Shown: in pieces, positions 37,773 to 41,975 of the stretch
Position numbering within the stretch: position 1 is the first letter of the stretch
Layout: every line of letters starts with the position of its first letter
Source of the DNA: Candidatus Avispirillum sp.
GTDB lineage: Bacteria > Bacillota > Clostridia > Oscillospirales > CAG-272
NCBI GenBank assembly: GCA_045632025.1
Contig: JAZQVW010000140.1
Location: forward strand, 1-41,975
Reading direction: 5' to 3'
Length of the DNA: 41,975 nt
Notes under the pieces: model-generated
Databases searched by the model: none
What the model was told of the DNA's origin: nothing
The model's input: the letters and a program-made list of their open reading frames with translations, nothing else
Made by a program: the position numbers and the translations under genes

Positions 37773-39458
37773 TTAATTATAAGCCTTTTCGGAGCCTGTA
37801 GGATCTACTATACTGAAGCCAACGTTGATAAGGTGGTCGGCAACTCTCTCAAGACCAACTACCGCAGAGGAGAAATAGGGGCTTGCTTCCATATTGCAAT
37901 TACCCTCAGCAAGACGCGCAAAGTGGCTCGCTGTAAGCTCGCGTTTCATAGCGTCAACCTTGTTTTCAAGCTCTGTAAGCTCGGGAAGTCTGCCCTCGTT
38001 AAGGTTTTCAAATACGTCCTTTGCAACCTCGATCATCTGGCTGACCTTGCCGTGCATATTTTTGATATCATTGCGGCCAACCTCGGAGAAGGAAAGCTTC
38101 TTTGCAACCATTTCCTCGCCGATGCCGTAGAAGTTTTCCGCGTGGTCACCGATACGCTCAAGGTCGTTGAGCACGTGGAAATATGCGCCGACGATCTTTT
38201 CATCACTCTGCTCAAGCTTCGAGGAGAGGTTGATAATGAACTTTGTGAGATTGCTATTTGTGAAGTTTATAATTTTCTCATTGTTTGCTACCGTTTCACC
38301 GTGACCAACGTCGCCGTTTTCCAGCGCCGCAAGGGAAAGCTTGAAGTTTTCTTCAACAAGGCTGAACATATAGTCCATTTCCTTCTTAACCTGACCGAGA
38401 GCAACGGGAGGTGCTGCAAGAAGTCTTTCGTCAACGTACTTAAGTGCAAGCTCTTCCTTTTCACCCTTAGTATCCTTGATAACAATGCAGGAATACTTTA
38501 CAAGCTGACGAACAAAGGGAAGGAGAACCGCTGTTGTTGAAACGTTAAATATTACGTGGAACGCGGAAACTCTCATCTGGAGGGACATAGGATCCTCGCC
38601 GGGGAACAGAGAAACAAGGAAATTAACCATAGGCTCCTTGAAGATCCAGATAAACGTTGTGAACAGAACTGTTCCGATAAGGTTAAACGTGAAATGGATA
38701 AGAGCAACACGCTTTGCGTTTACCTGTGCGCCAACGGATGCAAGAAGAGCTGTTACGCAGGTTCCGATGTTAGCGCCGAGAATGATAAATAAAGCAAGAG
38801 AAAGGGGAAGTACGCCTGTGCCAACCATTGTGATAACAACACCTGTTGCGGCAGAGGAGCTCTGAATAAGCGCTGTGAAGATAACGCCTACGAAAATGAG
38901 AATAAGAGGATGGTTAACAACGCTGAAAATATTTGTAAACATTGTTTCAACCAGCTCGTTGCCAAAGGCCTGATCGCTGCTCATTACCTCAAGACCAACG
39001 AAAATAAGACCGAGGCCTGAGAAAAGGCTTCCCATGATCTTAACCTTTTCCTTCTTAGCAAAGCCCATCATAACGCCTGCAAATGCCAGAAGGTACATAG
39101 CCATATTGAAGTAGTCGTTTTTAAGAGCAACGAGAACGCCTGTAATAGTTGTACCGATGTTAGCGCCCATAATAATGGGAGTCGCCTGCATAAGTGTCAT
39201 AACTCCTGCATTTACAAGACCGATAACCATAACCGATGTTGCAGATGAGCTCTGAATGATAGCAGTTACAGCAGCACCTATTCCAACACCTGAAAAGCGG
39301 TTGTTGCTGATTTTTTCCAGCAGGCTTTTCATTCCGCTTCCTGCGCTTTTTTCAAGGGCATCGCCCATAAAGTTCATACCGACGATGAACACGCCTACGC
39401 CTGCAAGAAGCCAAATCATGCTCGCAATAAGCTGCATAATATCTGCGGATGATAACAT
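37773..39458 (-). CDS. Na/Pi cotransporter family protein with C-terminal PhoU-like domains
   Basis: Duplicated membrane repeats with the QSSSAT/QSSSAA motifs, plus PhoU-type helical repeats (…ERIGDHAEN… …ERVADHLIN…). Confidence 0.93.
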   Translation of the reverse strand: MLSSADIMQLIASMIWLLAGVGVFIVGMNFMGDALEKSAGSGMKSLLEKISNNRFSGVGIGAAVTAIIQSSSATSVMVIGLVNAGVMTLMQATPIIMGANIGTTITGVLVALKNDYFNMAMYLLAFAGVMMGFAKKEKVKIMGSLFSGLGLIFVGLEVMSSDQAFGNELVETMFTNIFSVVNHPLILIFVGVIFTALIQSSSAATGVVITMVGTGVLPLSLALFIILGANIGTCVTALLASVGAQVNAKRVALIHFTFNLIGTVLFTTFIWIFKEPMVNFLVSLFPGEDPMSLQMRVSAFHVIFNVSTTAVLLPFVRQLVKYSCIVIKDTKGEKEELALKYVDERLLAAPPVALGQVKKEMDYMFSLVEENFKLSLAALENGDVGHGETVANNEKIINFTNSNLTKFIINLSSKLEQSDEKIVGAYFHVLNDLERIGDHAENFYGIGEEMVAKKLSFSEVGRNDIKNMHGKVSQMIEVAKDVFENLNEGRLPELTELENKVDAMKRELTASHFARLAEGNCNMEASPYFSSAVVGLERVADHLINVGFSIVDPTGSEKAYN

Positions 39459-39683
39459 GTTTTTTCTCCTTTTATATCAAAAAAATCATTTCAAAATCAA
39501 TAAGTCAAGGGGCACTTACCGAGGTGATAATAGCACACGAAAATCCCTAAATCAAGGCTTTTTTCAACATTTTTTCGCCAAATCCAAAGGTTTAACCGAG
39601 ACTTAACATAGATATAACATAGAGGGTTTTATTGTTAAAATCTGATTATATTTAAAGGTCTGATTTAACATTTAAATTTGTTG

Positions 39684-39852
39684 TAATTTATCGTTTAGCG
39701 TAATGGCCCTCCCTTGGGGGAGGGGGGACCGCTTGCGGTGGGTGAGGAGTCTAGGCTTAGGACCAACGAAAAGCGAAGCCCAGACGCCTCATCCGTCTGC
39801 TTCGCAGACACCTTCCCCCCGGGGAAGGCTAACGCGCTAAATTATCGTTGAT
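39684..39852. repeat. GC-rich palindromic cluster bounded by TAATTTATCGTTTAG / TAAATTATCGTTGAT
   Basis: Unit 2 (39706-39758), the nested hairpin GCGAAGC-CCAGACG…CGTCTG-CTTCGC, and CCTTCCCC/GGGGAAGG. The flanking motif is the same as at 37521 and 37720. Confidence 0.75.
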
Positions 39853-39860
39853 CACCCAAA

Positions 39861-39889
39861 TTGAAAGTTTTTAAATATTATGATATACT
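39861..39889 (+). promoter_or_regulatory. Extended -10 promoter upstream of the ECF sigma gene
   Basis: TTGAAA, 17-nt spacer, TGaTATACT. Confidence 0.45.
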
Positions 39890-39953
39890 AAATATAAGGA
39901 TTTTAACCTTTTCGTTCGTATAATAGTTAGAAAAAGAAGAAAGGCTTACACAA

Positions 39954-40499
39954 ATGGACAACGGTGCAAGTAGCTACCGCCGTTTTCTTGACGGTGACGA
40001 GTCAGCCTTTGACGAGATAATAAACGAATACCGAATTCCGCTGACTCTTTTTATAAATCGATATACGCACGACCTATGGATCGCGGAGGACATTGCCATA
40101 GACGTTTTTTCGCGCCTTATCGTCGACCGCAGACACTATAATTTCAAGGTTTCATTGAAAACCTACCTATTTATGCTGGGAAGAAGCCGGGCGCTGGATC
40201 ATTTAAGGCGAAAAAAGCGAATTCTTTTCACATCTCTTGAGGATGCTCTGACAATGGAAAGCGGAGATGGGCCTGAGGAGGATTTTATTCGCGAAGAAAA
40301 GCGAAAAACAGTTAACGAAGCTATAAAAAAACTTAGCCTTGATATGCAGGAGGCAATTCATCTGGTTTATTTTGAGGAGCTTTCCTACGAAGACACGGCG
40401 AAAATTATGAAAAAAACGAAAAAACAGATAGACAATCTCTTATATCGGGCCAAGAAAAAGCTTGGCGAAACTCTCAGGGAGGAGGGAAATGCTATATGA
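39954..40499 (+). CDS. ECF-type RNA polymerase sigma-70 factor
   Basis: Region 2 (…DIAIDVFSRL…) and region 4 HTH (LSYEDTAKIMKKTKKQIDNLLYRAKKKL). Length is about 180 aa. Confidence 0.85.
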   Translation: MDNGASSYRRFLDGDESAFDEIINEYRIPLTLFINRYTHDLWIAEDIAIDVFSRLIVDRRHYNFKVSLKTYLFMLGRSRALDHLRRKKRILFTSLEDALTMESGDGPEEDFIREEKRKTVNEAIKKLSLDMQEAIHLVYFEELSYEDTAKIMKKTKKQIDNLLYRAKKKLGETLREEGNAI

Positions 40500-41083
40500 A
40501 GAGAACAAACGACGAATTCCGAGCGGAAATATTCAATCGCTCTGATAAAATAATCAAAAAAAGAAAAAAGATCAAAAAAATCGCTCTCTACTGCGTTCCT
40601 TTTTTCCTTTGCGCTGTTATTTCCGTGTACGTTATTATGATCGTCGGCGGTATGCATAAGGGTGCAAATATGGAATCTATTATGGACAATTCCTCGCTGA
40701 GAGATGAGATTGCAGCTGACAAAGACGGCGCTGACAACACTCTTCCCGAGGCTGAGCTGTCCGGCAACAGCGGCCAGAACACAGGCTCAATCACCCACGT
40801 TGTTTCCTCTATCACCATAGAAAACTGCAAAACGGGAATTACAACTCATATTCCTGATCAGTCAGTTGCCCTTGATATGGAATGTCTCATTGCCGGTATT
40901 ACAGAAAAGGCTGAAAAGGGAGAGAAAACTGAGGAGGCAGACTATAATATCACTCTCCACTGCAGCGCAGGAGAGTCCGTCACCTACAGCATTGCAGGAA
41001 ATTCTCTAATCTACGAGGATGAGGTCTATAAAATAAGTTATTCCAACCTCCAAAAGATCCTTGAAATTATAGAAAATCACTGA
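40496..41083 (+). CDS. Single-pass membrane protein coupled to the ECF sigma (possible anti-sigma factor)
   Basis: Its start overlaps the sigma stop (ATGA). One TM helix. There is no zf-HC2 motif, so the function is inferred from position only. Confidence 0.5.
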   Translation: MKRTNDEFRAEIFNRSDKIIKKRKKIKKIALYCVPFFLCAVISVYVIMIVGGMHKGANMESIMDNSSLRDEIAADKDGADNTLPEAELSGNSGQNTGSITHVVSSITIENCKTGITTHIPDQSVALDMECLIAGITEKAEKGEKTEEADYNITLHCSAGESVTYSIAGNSLIYEDEVYKISYSNLQKILEIIENH

Positions 41084-41145
41084 TTTTAATAATTTTTTCT
41101 TATCTATTGCAATAAAAATCGATTTGTTATAGAATATAAGTGTGC

Positions 41146-41176
41146 AAATACCCTTCCCAAAGCGGGAAGGGTATTT
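41146..41176 (+). terminator. Hairpin terminator after the sigma operon
   Basis: AAATACCCTTCCC/GGGAAGGGTATTT stem. The T-tract is short. Confidence 0.5.
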
Positions 41177-41205
41177 CAGAATAAGACCTTTATAGGAGGA
41201 TGCTT

Positions 41206-41975
41206 ATGAAAAAGGAACACATTCTCATAGTTTGTGTTGTTCTTGTTATATGTCTTTGTGTCGTTTTTGATATTGCATTTGCAAGCAGATTTGCAGTCAA
41301 TGAAAAAACGGACGATGCGGAAATCGAGACGACCGTAACTGAAACAGAGCCCGAAACTGAAACTGATCCTCCCGAAACAACTGCTCCTCCCGTAGTTGAA
41401 ACGGAGCCCGAGGAATACAAGTCTCCCATTGATTTTGAAGCTCTCTACGCTGAAAACGAGCATATATATTCCGTTATTAAGATAGAAAACACAAACATCA
41501 ACTTTCCCATCGTTCAGCATCCCACGGATAAAACCTTCTATCTGAGACGCGGTCTTGATAAGAAATACGACGTTTACGGCAGCGTTTTCACGGAGCACGT
41601 TTATAACACTACTGATTTTTCAGACCCCGTTACAATGATCTACGGACACGACACCAGAAACGGAAAAATGTTCGGCGATCTTCACACCATGTATTACGAA
41701 GAGCTTACAACTCATGGTGAGATCGTAGTATATCTCCCCGAAAAGGAGCTTCACTATCAAGTTTTTGCCGCAGTTGTTCATGATAAGCGCCACGTGCTTT
41801 ATTATAACGACTTCACAAACCCCGGCGTTTTCAACAGCTTCTTTGGAAAAGTTTTTGAAAAGGAAGGCGAAAAGATGGTTGTTGATAAGGAATGTGAGCT
41901 TTCTCCCGACGATAAGATCATTATTCTCTCAACCTGCGTTGAAAACCGACCCGATAACCGCTTCCTCGTTATGGC
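41206..41975 (+). CDS. srtB: Class B sortase (3' end lies outside the window)
   Basis: This gene is absent from the ORF track because it runs off the window edge. ATG at 41206 after AGGAGGA. N-terminal TM helix and T/E/P linker, then IENTNINFPIVQHPTDKTFYLRRG, GSVFTEH, VTMIYGHDTRNGKMFGDL and IIILSTC, which contains the catalytic Cys. Confidence 0.8.
   Translation, partial: MKKEHILIVCVVLVICLCVVFDIAFASRFAVNEKTDDAEIETTVTETEPETETDPPETTAPPVVETEPEEYKSPIDFEALYAENEHIYSVIKIENTNINFPIVQHPTDKTFYLRRGLDKKYDVYGSVFTEHVYNTTDFSDPVTMIYGHDTRNGKMFGDLHTMYYEELTTHGEIVVYLPEKELHYQVFAAVVHDKRHVLYYNDFTNPGVFNSFFGKVFEKEGEKMVVDKECELSPDDKIIILSTCVENRPDNRFLVM

Noticed and set aside
37521-39852. Repeated TAAATTATCGTTTA motif with intervening unique sequence, considered as a possible CRISPR-like array.
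   Set aside because: There are only two repeat copies per locus. The motif is 14 nt, AT-rich and non-palindromic. The would-be spacers are 140-185 nt of hairpin repeats. There are no cas genes.

Overview
This is a chromosomal segment from a Firmicutes/Clostridia-type genome, judging by gene content, GGAGG ribosome-binding sites and sigma-A promoters. Most of it is a co-directional run of housekeeping genes: ogg (partial), rny, recA-recF-recX, rimO, an MBL hydrolase, rlmH, a WG-repeat protein, mnmG, a radical-SAM/SPASM protein, comEC, metA, ireB, ribF and a DD-carboxypeptidase. After the insertion described below come a GH43 glycosidase, typA, a Na/Pi-PhoU transporter, an ECF sigma factor with a membrane partner, and a partial class B sortase.

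The main accessory feature is an ~11.5-kb integrated element at about 22147-33644. It carries a large serine recombinase and sits in the loop of the terminator hairpin after the carboxypeptidase gene. attL, attR, attB and attP can all be reconstructed from the sequence.

Inside that element is a visibly AT-rich ~6.3-kb cargo block (23503-29790) with five genes in two transcription units:
- Unit 1: an XRE-type HTH regulator translationally coupled to a 986-aa single-pass membrane protein, followed by an AbiGi-like protein.
- Unit 2: a small membrane-anchored protein followed by a ~527-aa protein with a C-terminal PD-(D/E)xK nuclease motif.

I regard this block as the best candidate for an undescribed defence-type system. 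Next to it, a consensus promoter drives a ~220-nt highly structured, terminator-ended RNA with no credible ORF.

Other observations:
- A family of GC-rich palindromic (BIME/REP-like) intergenic repeats at five loci.
- An AT-rich islet between rny and recA bracketed by inverted copies of one repeat unit.
- A MerR-family gene interrupted by a single in-frame TAA.
- An atypical recA-recF-recX arrangement.

No tRNA, rRNA or CRISPR array was seen. All domain calls come from motif recognition by eye, not from database searches.
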